DNA from: Eledone cirrhosa
Taxonomy: Eukaryota
Length of the DNA stretch: 64,000 nt
Direction of reading: 5' to 3'
Assembly: GCA_964016885.1 (NCBI GenBank)
Contig: OZ024747.1
Span: forward strand, 40,796,001 to 40,860,000
Made by a program: the position numbers and the translations under genes. The notes under the pieces are model-generated. The model was not told the origin of the DNA, made no database searches, and saw only the letters and a program-made list of their open reading frames with translations. Positions 13,167 to 25,169 of the stretch are shown piece by piece (within the stretch, counting starts at the first letter, position 1; each line of letters starts with the position of its first letter).

Positions 13167-13637
13167 GTGTGGCATGCTGACCTCTACATAACTGAGGCCC
13201 TCAGGCAACTCCACAACCCCCTCTTCTACCGCCCCTACACTCTGACCCTCCCCCTACTACCAGCAACAAGTTTCCTCCACCATCCAATACCTCGTCTCCT
13301 CCTCCCTCCTACCACCCACTGCCCCCACCTCATCGTCTGCATCCTCCGCATCTACTTCCTCCCCCAAATCCACAAACCCGACCCCTCGGCCGCCCCATCG
13401 TCTCCGCTTGCAACTGCCGCTCTACCGAACTAATCTCTGCCTCTTTCGACTCCATCCTCGCCCCCCTCGTCACCGCTCTCCCCTCCCACATTCCAACACC
13501 AACCACGCCCTTCGCCTTTTCGATTCCCTCACCTTCCTAACCGGCCCACCTCCCCTCCTCTTCGCCTTAGACATAAAATCCCTTTACACCGTCATCCCCC
13601 ACGCCGACGGCCTACGCAACTTCCAACACTACTTTGA
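13165..13637 (+). mobile_element. Penelope-like reverse transcriptase fragment
   Basis: Across frameshifts reads VVW.ADLYI.EALRQL, IYFLPQIHKP, RPIVS, TNHALRLF and ALDIKSLYTVIPHADGL (PLE RT D..SLYT.IP motif). Confidence 0.85.
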
Positions 13638-13640
13638 CCT

Positions 13641-14368
13641 TATTTTATTATACGTATTTCGAAGATGTATGACTTATGTATAACATAAGTCAAAACATCT
13701 TCTCTTCTCATAAAATCCACAGGCGATGTAGATATAATTTGATATTCAGGCGGACAGACGAGCTATTCAGTTCAGTGGCCGGCAAGCAAATGCCTGGAAA
13801 AACCTCCACACAGAAGATATTATAGAAGTGGGAAAAATATTACAGTTGGTGTTGGCGTTTTTGGACTGGCTAGAGTATGAGGTTACCGGATTAGTCAAAT
13901 AGATCAAAAGAAAACAAGTATGGGCCGTTAGTCTATCTATTAATCACTTATGTTAGATTAAATTAGATACTAAATCGAAAATAATAAAAAATTTTAGGTA
14001 TTTATTCAAAAATGCTAAAGTTTTAAATTACTAATTTCGTAGACAATTTATCTGTTTATATTTACAGTTGTATTTTAGTAGATATTATATGAGTGGAAAC
14101 ATATTTAACAGTTGGCGTCGCTATTTATTTGAACCCGCTAGGGTATCATATAACCGGATTAATCAATTAGTTCAAAGGAAACGATGTATATGTATTGTAG
14201 CCTATTTTATCATTATTTCCAGGCATATGCTTGCCGGCCACAACTGAATAGATCGTCTGACGCCTGCATATCAAATGATATCTACATCTCCTGTGAATTT
14301 TATCTGAAGAGAACATGTTTTGACTTATGTTATACATAAACCATACATCTTCGAAATACCTATAATAA
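13641..14368. mobile_element. Foldback element with about 155 bp terminal inverted repeats, each carrying a hammerhead motif
   Basis: 13644-13800 is the diverged reverse complement of 14216-14368. There is a diverged internal direct repeat (13836-13915 vs 14101-14182). Confidence 0.7.
14297..14368 (+). ncRNA. Type I hammerhead ribozyme motif (family D, long stem II)
   Basis: ATTTTAT CTGAAGA [GAA.ATG...CATCTTC] GAAA T ACCT A TA ATAA. The inverted copy at 13641-13716 has the better stems (ATACGTAT palindrome, ATAAAAT stem I) but a mutated core (GAGAAGA). Confidence 0.6.
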
Positions 14369-14416
14369 CATAAATAGGGATGGACTAAAGGGACTGTGTT
14401 GTTTGTTTATTATTAT

Positions 14417-14592
14417 TATCGGTAGAGGGTCGGACGCCATGCTTTCTAGCATAGAGTTACGTCCCTTTACGGACCAGTTCAAATCCCGCCGAGGTTAGCT
14501 TTGCCTTTCATCCTTACGGGGTCGATAAATAAAGTACCAGTAATGTACTGGATAATTGGTGGCCTTGTGCCAAAAGTAAAAACAATTATTAT
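14417..14592 (+). mobile_element. tRNA-derived SINE (main family)
   Basis: B-box GTTCAAATCC, conserved core GCCTTTCATCCTTACGGGGTCGATAAA, and tail GGCCTTGTGCCAAAAGTA. Many copies in the window. Confidence 0.85.
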
Positions 14593-14680
14593 TTATAACT
14601 ATACTCCGGATAAACATATACCGTTGAGTTCTTTACATCTGTTATATAAAAGGCGGCTGATTCTCTCTCTATATATATAT

Positions 14681-14880
14681 AGTTTTAATATAGAAGAGAT
14701 TCTACATGACTAGAACTGTTTCATTCGTGAGAAATCATCAGGAATCTGATTCCTGATGATTTCTCACGAAGGAAACAGTTCTAGTCCTGTAGAATGTCTT
14801 CTATATTAAAACTTTTATTCTCTGCTATGTATTCAGTACTTTACTTACTGTGGTTACCTCCGATTCAACCCGGAATAACA
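14681..14880. mobile_element. Family A hammerhead palindrome element
   Basis: Inverted arms 14681-14746 and 14748-14812 with a hammerhead on each strand, plus the family 3' tail ending TGGTTACCTCCGATTCAACCCGGAATAAC. Confidence 0.8.
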
Positions 14881-14925
14881 TACCTTATATATATTTATAT
14901 ATAAATAAATATATATATATAAATA

Positions 14926-14981
<56 letters not shown>

Positions 14982-14994
14982 GAATAGAAAACGA

Positions 14995-15142
14995 AAAATC
15001 AGTGATGCATCTGAACTCAATTTATTGTGTTACAATTGTTTCGCCGGCTGCCAGCTCGAGACGCGATCATTGCGTGGAGAGAATATGCTCCGAAATCATT
15101 GTAACACACAATAAATTGAGTTCAGCTGCATCACGGATTTTT
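14995..15142. repeat. Short foldback with about 50 bp arms (possible PLE pseudo-LTR inversion)
   Basis: AAAATCAGTGATGCATCTGAACTCAATTTATTGTGTTACAAT pairs with ATTGTAACACACAATAAATTGAGTTCAGCTGCATCACGGATTTT. Confidence 0.7.
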
Positions 15143-15229
15143 CGTTTTCTATTCTATCATACTCTGCTCTGTAAGAGCATAGAGTGCTCAACCGGCATAC
15201 CGCCTATGGAAGCATCTTAGCTACCATCA

Positions 15230-15272
<43 letters not shown>

Positions 15273-16189
15273 CTACATTTAACTACATTGTGGTGAATAT
15301 ATTTTCAGATTTAGTCAACCAATCTTGTTTATATGTGTATACATATGTGTGTGCGTGTGTATATATATATATGTATGGGTGTGTGTATGTGTGTTTGTGT
15401 GTTTGTCATATATATGCGAAAATTTACCACAAAAATTATGTACACATAAGCGAATATAAAAAAAGAAACTATATAAATGCGGATGTGCAAGGAAACCGAA
15501 CAATATTCGAGAAGTAATTAAAAAATATAACAATGAACCGAGTGGAAAATATTGGCGAAAATCCAATTTATCTGAGAAAAATCGCAGAGATTAAACAGTA
15601 ATCTTGTATTAATATATAATTATAAAGTAAATATTTAGGGGCGTGCTCGGCAGGATCCCAATAATTCAGATGCACCTCTAATTACGCAGTAATTATATAC
15701 CTCCTAATGGGTTATCTCGCCGATATTTTTTCAAGCAACTTTATATGTCGCATTCATGTTTACCTTATTCTTGCCTTCATTTTAGAGATTTTTCATGGCT
15801 ACATTTTTAGTTATTTCCTATACACAGGTTTGGCTTCATTCTACAATAGCATTTATATTTTTTTTCTTATTCTTATATTAATTTATTTATGCATATTTTT
15901 CATATTCCTTATTTAATTTTCTCGTGTATCGAGATATGCCACTTCTTGTTTTTTTTTTTGTTTTTTTTTTCGTTTACTTTCTTCTCCTCCTCTAGTTGTC
16001 TAAAACCCCCTTTCCATCTCTATCGCTATTTCTAACTACAATGGTTACATTGTCCACCAATTTTATGTTTTTCTTTCAGTTTTATCACATCAAAAATTGA
16101 TAATCAAACAATATCATTGTATGTATTAATCTTGTGGTATATATGTTGTGTGAGCTGTGTGTTTCATTACTTGCTTATTGTATTGGCTG

Positions 16190-18600
16190 CTGAGCTGTGC
16201 TGCAAAATCGATAATGTCTTGCGCAGAATGTGGTATGTTCCTAGAAGAACTATCTTTCAACATTATGTAGCTTTGTGAGCCCTGTTATGGCTTGTATAGT
16301 TTTGTTCATATCTATTTATTACACTTAATGCATCACATTATTAGAACTACTTTTACCTTCATGCCCCACATTCTGTTATTTCGATTTCGGGATACTTGTA
16401 TTTCGATAGTTTTTCCACTTGTGTGCATGCATTTTCCCCAGTCATATATTATCATATCTGTACGATTTGCCTCAATATCGTATCAGTTTCGATGGACATA
16501 TTCAAGATGGCTGAGGCCAGGCCATTATCTTCTACCGTGTTTACATGTTTAGTACATTTTAAAGTCACTTTTTGCCCATGTTCACAACTGCCCACTCGAT
16601 CAAGCGTGTGTTCAGACTTGAAAACTATTGGGCAGCAGGAGATGGTTTGATTAATCGTCTCACTGTGCTGGTTGCACAGTCTACATTTGAAGTTAGAAAC
16701 TGGTTTTATTATTTCGTTCTTGTTTTTAGCCAGACATTGATTTTGTACAGATAAAATCAGCCCTTCTCTTTCTTCTTTTAGCCCGAGGTTTTTAAGCCAT
16801 TGTTGATTTCCGTATGGCTTACTTTTCTAACGAGTCTTGAGGGGTAATGACTGGAAAGTGGGTTTTCTTTCCATCTCTTCTCAGAACATTTTGTAGTTCT
16901 TTTTTTCATTCTTTTGTTTCTGTAACTTTTTCTGTTGTAACATTCTTATCTAAATCTGTTGCTTCGGTGTAGTTAGCTCCTACTTCTAGTTTGTTTTCTG
17001 TCGCTTTTTTGTATATAAATATTTTTGTTTTCGTATTTTTAATACATTTATCAGTTTTCCACTATTTGCTTCTAAATATGTTTTCCAGTCCGCCCGTTGT
17101 TATTTTATAGAATTTTCTATTTGTATCCGACCATGCCCTCTTTGTAGTAAGTATATTTTATCTGTCTGCTTTGGGATGGCGGTTTCGATACACTGTTTTG
17201 TGGTTTCTTTCTAAAACTTTCAACTCACTTAAATTCCAGTTTATTATATTGAATGGAGATGATGGGTTGTCCTGGCATGAGTTGTGCGGATCCGATTAAG
17301 GGATGGCAACCTTCATGTGGCCCACCCTGTACGGAATTCATCGAAATTAATGTCATTTCTCGATATATGAACAGTTTGGGTATATCGCTAATTTTGGAGA
17401 GAAAACTAGATTGACTTTCCACTCCAGCATTCAAACAGTTGTTCATTCTTGTGTGCTTATCATTTCAATTGATGCTTCTGCTATGTATATCTATATACTG
17501 ATCAGGATTTTCAGACAGAATTCGGAAACTTTGTGTCTATTCCTGGTGTTTTCCAGTTACTTACACTTCTCAATGTGTCAGTGATTTCTATGCTAGTGAT
17601 GGTGGGTCATTCGTGTGGGGCAGCTATGTATTTTTCTCTTCCTTTTTGATCAATTGTGAATTTTTGTTGTTTATTTTCTCTGCTCTATATTCCCATCCAT
17701 TATATTTGGTTTTCCTACGGTGTTGATGTGTCTTCTACTATCAATATGTTTTATTCCGCATGTTTTTGCTACTAAGCTCTGTTTTAGCTTTTCTCCGGCT
17801 TCCAAAGTGTCTCCCTATCTATTTGTGTTATATGTATTTCGTACTTGGATCATATCTATTTCTTCTTTTTGTTTGATCACCTTTTTCTAGTTCACGAAGT
17901 AATTATATAGCTTTCATTTTGTTTTCAATTTTGTGTCATGTTTCCTTTCAATTATGGAGGACTGGCTGTTGCTGGAGCTTTCCTTCATTAGAAACAAGCC
18001 CATTTTCTATTAACACCAATAATGTTATTAAATATATCTAATCATCCATTATGTCGATATTCTAACAGTTTGTTGTATTATGCAGGAATTCTTACAGGGC
18101 CCTTTTATATTTATATATCTCTTCATAGAGCAGTTTATTGATTTTGTAATGTCTTCTATTTTCTTAATTGTTTCAATTAGATCATCTTCTATATTAATTC
18201 TAGTAGATCTGTTGTGTATTTTTATTTTGCTTATTGTTAGATGTGTTTTAACTTTTGTATTTCATATTGTGTTTCTTTGACCTTCATCTTTTTTGTTTTT
18301 CGATTGTTGCCTACGCGTTTCTTTTTTTTAAATTTGCTATACTACATTATTTATTTCTTGTGTGGACAGATCTGTTGTAATTTCAGTCTGGCTTGGGTTC
18401 TCAATAATTATTAATGAGATTTTTTTTCTTTTCGTTCTTTTGAGTAAGGAAGGCTCAGTTGTGCTATTTTCGTTGGCTTCTAATGCGTTTATTGTGTGGT
18501 TATAAGTTTTGTTTTATTTTCAATTTGTATTCTGTCTATAAATTTTGATTTTAGATACCTTGGTTTATCTTAAAGTACTTCTCCGTCCGATTGCTGGTGT
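16190..18600 (-). mobile_element. Highly decayed R4/Dong-clade LINE
   Basis: Minus-strand remnants read by eye: KIVLLGTYHILRKTLS (C-terminus, about 16210-16250), HPKAD..IYL (about 17140-17180) and NWKTPG (about 17542-17560). Confidence 0.65.
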
Positions 18601-18839
18601 GTTTTCTCGTATAGTTTCCTTGGGTCGTTGTTATGTTTTCCTCCATAGCTCATATATTTCTTTCACAATGCTGCTGTGGTTTGCTTACAGTGTTACTGAG
18701 TGTTATTCATCCTTCGGAATCGAAGATTACTATGACTGCAATGTTGAGTGGAGGATCTTTGGTTGTGGGTCTGCAGGGGACTGATGCGACTAATCATGGC
18801 CTGGAAGCTATACCTACGTGTGGGGAGGTGCTGCACAGA

Positions 18840-19720
18840 TCGCTTCCTCTGAGTCACTATACTGTGGTCTGTTTTCTGCTGCACATGTTCCCTCAAAGAT
18901 TTTGCTTTGTCAGTTTGGGTGATCCAGGATAAGTGATTCCCAGCTACTGAGATTGGAGTTGAGGTATTTGAGGGGTGCTTTAAGATTGTCTTTGAAACGT
19001 CTCTTCTGTCTAGCGACTGAGCGCTTGCACTTTCTCAGCTCTCAATACACAAGCTGTCTCAGTAGTCATCTGTCAGACATCCTGACAATATGACCGGTCC
19101 ATCTGATTTATTCGGGCCTTGTCTAGGAGAGTGTGGACACTATAGATACAAACCCGTCTCAGGACCTCCGAGTCTGGGATTTTTTCGAACCACGATATAT
19201 AAAAACATCTGCGGATAGCTCAGATGTAAATGGTTGAGCTGTTTAGTATGTCTGCTGTAGATGGTCCAGTTTTCGCTGGTGTAGAAGAGAGTGATGAGGA
19301 CCACTGTCCGGTAGCCTCTGAGCTTAGTAGCGAGGCTGAGTCCATTCAACTTCTATAAATTGTCGCGGAGTCTCTCAATGGCGGCATTGGATCTGACAAT
19401 TCTATTGCTAACTTCTATATTTACAGTTACCACCAGCGACAGAGGACTTCTGAAATAGGTGAAGCTATCAGCAGCTTGTAGCTTCTGTCCCTTCACTGTG
19501 ATGTGTAGTTCGTGGTAGGGTTTTCTATGTGCAGGCAGGTACATACCTTCAGTTTTGCAGGTATGGATTTTGAGTTCAATGTTATCACAGGCCTGTGAGA
19601 AGCTATCAGTTTCTTGTATCTTTTGCGATGTGGCAACACTGAGAGCACTATCATCAGCAAACAAAATGTCTCAGATGACAGTCTCTGTTACCATTGTAAA
19701 AGCTTGAAGACGTGGGATGT
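18840..19720 (-). mobile_element. RTE/BovB-like LINE RT fragment
   Basis: LFADDSAL, FSQACDN, KTE.MY.PA, TKL..Y..VVL.TL.Y..E.WT.YSRH.KQLNH (ORFs 19353-19664 and 19140-19349). Confidence 0.85.
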
Positions 19721-19725
19721 ATATT

Positions 19726-20156
19726 CTAAACTATAAGGAGCGCGGTACTGCGTACGGTTTATAATTTTTTATCACATTAGTAAAATAAGTTGCATTACTT
19801 TGAATAAATAATGAATGAATATTACATAATTTATCTACTAAATTTCGTGGCTGTTGATTAAATATATTTTGTTTATTTAAAGATTCACTTCTTTAAAATT
19901 TCTGAAATGTCAACACTTCCGGTTGGTCATCGCTTAAATAATCATATTAATTTTCTCCTAATGCAGCTTATATATAATATGGTCTTTTTTAATGTATCAT
20001 GGATTACGTTATTGATTAAATAAGACAGTGTAACACATTCTTCGTTCAATTTCAAGTATTATATATTGTCAATTATGACTTTATTTGATGTATATACCTG
20101 CGTATAATATCAATATGCAGACTACACATGCGAGCAGAAAACCACCCGAGGGCTAG
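19726..20156 (+). mobile_element. Putative non-autonomous Helitron
   Basis: Starts TCTAAACTATAA and ends with a GC-rich subterminal stretch followed by CTAG|T. No ORF. Confidence 0.45.
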
Positions 20157-21000
20157 TATATATATAACACTCTGGGGTAGTCATTGTTTATCCAACGTTA
20201 TCATCTAACTTTGCTTTTCTTTTCGATATTGACGTTAAAAACGTTTAGTGTAAACATTTTGAAAGGACACCATGTCTGTGTTCTGTGTTACGAGGCCCTG
20301 TTGGTAGAGTGACTACATGAGGATTTACTACTGGAATCGCCTCTTTGATTGTGTTTTGTTTGTTTGTTTGTTTGTTTTTGTTGTTGATAACTGATTGTTT
20401 CATTAAATTAAAAAGTAATGTATTTTAAAACTTATTTTGAAATTGTGTTACCATTTTATTTTTTCTTCTACTTGTGTCGCATATTTCGTCAGTATGTATA
20501 TGTATTTCGTGTGTGTATATTCGTGTGTGTGTATGGGGGGTGAATGTGTGTATATATACACGTGTGAGCATGTGTGCACGTGTGTGTGGGAGCGTGTATG
20601 TGTGTGAGCATGTATGTGTGTGTGCGTGCGCGTGCATTGTGTAGTAATTTTCGTACTTACAGTGTTAGTTTATTTGCATTTAGTGGTCTTCCTCGTTCGA
20701 GTTAATTACCATCTTTCATGCGGGCTCATGCTCTCTTACCAAAATATCTTATGTGAAGGACACATCTTGTTTATAGAATAATATTTCAATTTTCTATATT
20801 GATATTCGTCTGAAATGTTTATGCATTTCATTGTTCTTTTTTGTTTCTTTTTTTAGGGGGGGGGGGGTCTTGAGTCATTTTGGCGATGTTATTGGTTTAG
20901 TGTTACGAGAGTTGTTTACGCACGCCCATGTTGCTGTTGATATTATTATTACAAAAACACTTGTTTTTTTTAAATAGAAACAACAAAAAATATAACATAG

Positions 21001-21321
21001 GGTCAAACATATTTTATCCTCTCTTTCATTCTGTGCTTCATTGACGTCGTCGCAAAACACACGTGAAGACGCTGTCGCCACCACCACTGAACAAGTTAAC
21101 GATGACGGTGCGAGAAACAATGTTAACAAGAAAAACAACTCTTCCGTAAACGCCACCACGTCTACAACTGAAGAAAACGTTAACAACAAAGACATTAATG
21201 ACAATGACAGCAATAACAAAATCAACAACACGAGTGCGACAGAAAAAGAGAGATGTTTGGTGCAAGCAGCCAAACTGATCTCGATTCAAAAGACCTGGGC
21301 CAACGAAACGTTCCGTCCGAG
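21001..21321 (+). CDS. Candidate host coding exon (hydrophobic N-terminus, N/T/D-rich linker, C..FRPR)
   Basis: Open frame from 20996: HRVKHIFILSLSFCASLTSSQNTRED...ERCLVQAAKLISIQKTWANETFRP. CpG-rich compared with the flanks. Possible donor AG|GTATTG at 21321/21322. No in-frame ATG. Confidence 0.35.
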
Positions 21322-21602
21322 GTATTGGCAGCTACCATGAAAACAAAAATCTGAATTATCAATGTATTTCGAAAAAAATCTAAAAAAAAACGAATTAGTA
21401 CCACAATCCCACGTCAAAATAGCATTAAAACATATAGTACAGTAGATTGAACATATCGCAAAGACCAAACTATTCGGGGGTATTTTGGTGCCCTTCAAGA
21501 GTGAATCGCTTGTCATAAAACACTCTGTGGTTCCCATTAAAACGGACCAATTTATATTGTTCCCCTCTTACAAGAATCCTGTGATAAAGGACTGATCTAA
21601 GG

Positions 21603-21678
21603 CCAATTAATAGGGTTCACCTAACAAGAGAAACCTTACCAATTAATAGGGTTCACCTAACTAGAGAAACCTTACCAA
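21603..21678 (+). repeat. 36 bp tandem duplication
   Basis: CCAATTAATAGGGTTCACCTAAC(A/T)AGAGAAACCTTA repeated twice. Confidence 0.9.
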
Positions 21679-21749
21679 AATGATACGTGTTTTTATTATT
21701 ATTATTGTTATTATTATTGTTATTATTAAGAAATCGTTAGTATTATAAC

Positions 21750-21975
21750 TGTGGATTGGTAAAATCGTTAGAGTGTCAGAGAAAATGCTTTGCGGCATTT
21801 GTTCCAGCCCTTTACGTCCTGAGTTCAAATTCCGTTGAGGTTAACTTTGCCTTTCATCCTTACGGGGTTGATAAAATAAAGTACCAGTAATGCACTGGGG
21901 TAGATTTAGTTGAATTTCTCCTCTCCCCCCCAGGAAAAAAAATTTGCTGGCCTTGTGCCTATAGTAGAAATCATT
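21750..21975 (+). mobile_element. tRNA-derived SINE (variant of main family)
   Basis: A/B boxes and the conserved GCCTTTCATCCTTACGGGG core. Confidence 0.8.
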
Positions 21976-22147
21976 ATTATCATTTTGTTGTTATTGTTTT
22001 TGTTATTGGTATAGCTGTTATTATTGTTCGTGTTGCTTTTGTTGATGATGAGGATGATGATGATGTTTATATAGTCTATATAATAATGATATAGAGGAGA
22101 CATTAATTATTTGTTAATGAGATATTAACGATAATTACCATGATCAT

Positions 22148-22261
22148 AATAATTGTTTCTACTTCTGGCACAAGGCCAGCAATTATTCCAGTGTATGACT
22201 GGTACGTTATTATATCGACCCCTTAAGGATGAAAGGCAAAGTTAACCTCGGCGGGATTTGA
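22148..22261 (-). mobile_element. SINE 3' half
   Basis: Reverse complement of the SINE core and tail. Confidence 0.75.
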
Positions 22262-22289
22262 TGATAGGAATGTTGGCATCAACAGCAAC

Positions 22290-22600
22290 GGTGTGGATAA
22301 TGATTATGGTTGTAGTAATTGTGAAGATGATGGTGTTGGTGGTGGTGGTGGTGGTGGTGGTGTTGGTGGTGAGGGTGGTGGTGGTGCTGAGGGTGGTGGT
22401 GGTGAGGGCGGTGGTGGTGGTGGGGAGGTGATAATGTTGATAAAGATGATGGCGTTGGTTGTTGTGTGTGGTGGTGGTCGTCGTGTTGTTGGTGGTGGTG
22501 GTGGTGGTGAGGGTGGTGGTGGTTGTGGTGGTGCTGGTGATAATGTTGATGAAGATGAGGACGAGGACAATGGCGGTCCTAGTGATGCTGTTTATAGTGG
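22290..22600. repeat. (GGT)n-rich low-complexity tract
   Basis: Direct reading. Confidence 0.85.
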
Positions 22601-23041
22601 TGATAATATTCTAAATATAGATTTGATGTCAATAGCAATTAACTGTAAAGGCAATAAAAAGGTAAATAAAAGAAAGAAAAAGAGAAAAGTAATAAAACAA
22701 TAATAACAATAAGGACAACAGCAATAACATGAACTGAGTGAATACAATTCATCCCAACATTTTATAAATAACACTCATGCGATATTTATTTCAGGAAATT
22801 AAGAAATATTCACAGGAAAAGTTATAAAAGTTATGTAGTCTGTTGACAGCTTTCAGATAGTCTGTTTATCAGGATCTTTACACACTATTCTTGTGGTCTG
22901 ATTTTTTTTTACTTGTTATTCATGATCGACCCAACATTTGCAGTTCTTCTAAATATCGCTATGTTGAAACCTCATAATTATAAGGCAAGCTGAGATTGAA
23001 ATACAGTTTTGATAAGGCTGACGTATGCTTTGCTTTGCTTT

Positions 23042-23301
23042 GGAGGCGTGTAGTCTAGTGGTAAGTGTGTTGGACTTATGATCATAATGTCGTCGGTTCG
23101 ATTCCTGGTCTGGACCACTTCATTTAACGTTACTCCAGTGTACGTAGCTGAAAATGAGTACCGGCAGTAGCCGGGGGTTTAACCATACGATGCACTGGCG
23201 TCCTGTCCAGGTGGAATGTTTTGTACTCTCAGTCGCTTAACGCCACAGAAACCAAAATAAACGCCGGCCTGATGAGCCTCCGGTCTCGTGAAAGACTTTA
23301 C
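23042..23301 (+). mobile_element. Second tRNA-derived SINE family with a V-like central domain
   Basis: tRNA head (TAGTCTAGTGG A-box, GGTTCGATTCC B-box), CTGGCGTCCTGTCCAGG (V-domain-like), and a LINE-like tail GAAACC...GGCCTGATGAGCC...AGACTTTAC. Confidence 0.7.
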
Positions 23302-24470
23302 ATGTTTTGCTTTGGAGTAAAATGTTGTAACCTCTACAGTTCTTCTTCATAATTTATATCCATGGGAAAACAATGGTTACTAATTTAGTGTATAAGGCCA
23401 GCAATTTTGGATGTAGGTGGTAACTGTGAATTACATTGATTCCAGTGCTTGACTGTTTCTGAAACCATCTGAATAATTAAATTTGCATTAGTAATATGTG
23501 GGAACCTATTGTCGCATTTAAGAAACACAATATGCCCTAAGAATTATTTTGAAAAGGCAATATATCCTTTCAGGAAATATATAGCTTACAGTATTATCCC
23601 ACAATGTGATGTTCTATCACAAGCAGCACATATGTATTACTGCTGCCTCGCAAAATATCACTATACTTTGTTTTTGTTAAGAATTGCTACATTATTATAA
23701 ACCTTTACATCAACTTACTTATGTTTTATATATACACTTGAAATAATTTTGTTTCACTTATCTTTTATGATGTTGAATTGCATCAGAATATTGTTATAAT
23801 ATTGTAACATTCATTCCTTCTCGGTGAATATGGAAGCAAACGCTAGTATCTCCAGGTGATCTACTCTATCAAACAACCTTTGTGATATTAATCTTTACAA
23901 TTATCAAAGTAATGCGTTTGAACAGAATGCTTCGTTTGAGTTTCCAAAATGAATGACAGAAGATACGACATTTTGCTACTGTGCAAATACATTCAGGATA
24001 ACCAACGAAAGGAAGCTGGATACTAAATAGGAATAAACTGTAGTTTATGTAGCAGCATGAAAAGAGTCTTCTATAAACCTACGACAATAAAATTGATATT
24101 AAATGCTGCATTAAGTACAGAATGCAACCGGCGGTAAGCAGACAATTCAACCTCAAATGTATATAGTATAAGTGTGTATGTAAATGCATGTGTATGAGTT
24201 TCGTTGTGATAAAGAATTGAATAGCTGACTGCCTTCCCATATGTTTTTAAGGATTAATGTAAGAGCATGCACACCTACACACACATACACACACACAAAT
24301 GTGTGTGTGTATGTGTGTGAATATATACATATGGTAAATGTATATACACACACTTTAGAGGAATAGATATGAATCGGTACACATACAAAACATCCATATG
24401 TATGGTTATGTGCGTGCTTGGTAAGATCCTCGACTGCATAATTATATATACATATATATATATATATATA

Positions 24471-24548
<78 letters not shown>

Positions 24549-24549
24549 G

Positions 24550-24610
<61 letters not shown>

Positions 24611-25077
24611 TACCATTACAGCTAGGAAATAAGTTTCGTTATTTGGAAGCTCGACAACGCGTGTTAAGCAAAACTGCCAAGGTATTAAGAAAGTATGTAG
24701 AGGAATGAAAGAACACAGAGAACTGAAATAAATGAGTGAGGATGATAGAAAGTTACGATAGCAATTTTTAATTATCCCAAATATTTCCTGATTTTCCATC
24801 CATTTTCAAGTGAAGTCTGTAAGAGAGGACCTAAGACAGAAACCTATACATGCTTGGTTAAATACTGGACTAGAAAGTTTTTTAACCTATGTTGAATTAT
24901 GTTGCGCCTGGTCACCAATGACCTGCTCTATTATTAAGTATAAGGACATTGTAATAGACGGAATTTATTGACGACTCTCAGTTAAGGGTTACGGACAATT
25001 CGGTTTCGATTCCATATCTTTTCTATACTTTTGATACGAATTATTATAAGGTAGAATTATGTTGGCTTTGTGTGGAC

Positions 25078-25166
<89 letters not shown>

Positions 25167-25169
<3 letters not shown>

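Noticed and set aside
14417-14592. SINE heads as tRNA genes
   Set aside because: A/B boxes are present but there is no full cloverleaf, and each continues into a SINE core and tail.
20990-20995. ATA TAA converted to a start codon and read-through by A-to-I editing
   Set aside because: Pure speculation needing several edits. A splice acceptor or non-coding status is simpler.
21603-21678. 36 bp repeats as a CRISPR array
   Set aside because: Directly adjacent tandem copies with no spacers, in a eukaryotic context with no cas genes.
22293-22703. Gly-rich and Pro-rich ORFs
   Set aside because: A (GGT)n low-complexity tract that is open on both strands, with no splice or domain support.
23270-23300. 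CTGATGAG...GAAA in the SINE tail as a hammerhead
   Set aside because: Stems I and III do not close convincingly. It fits a LINE-derived SINE tail better.
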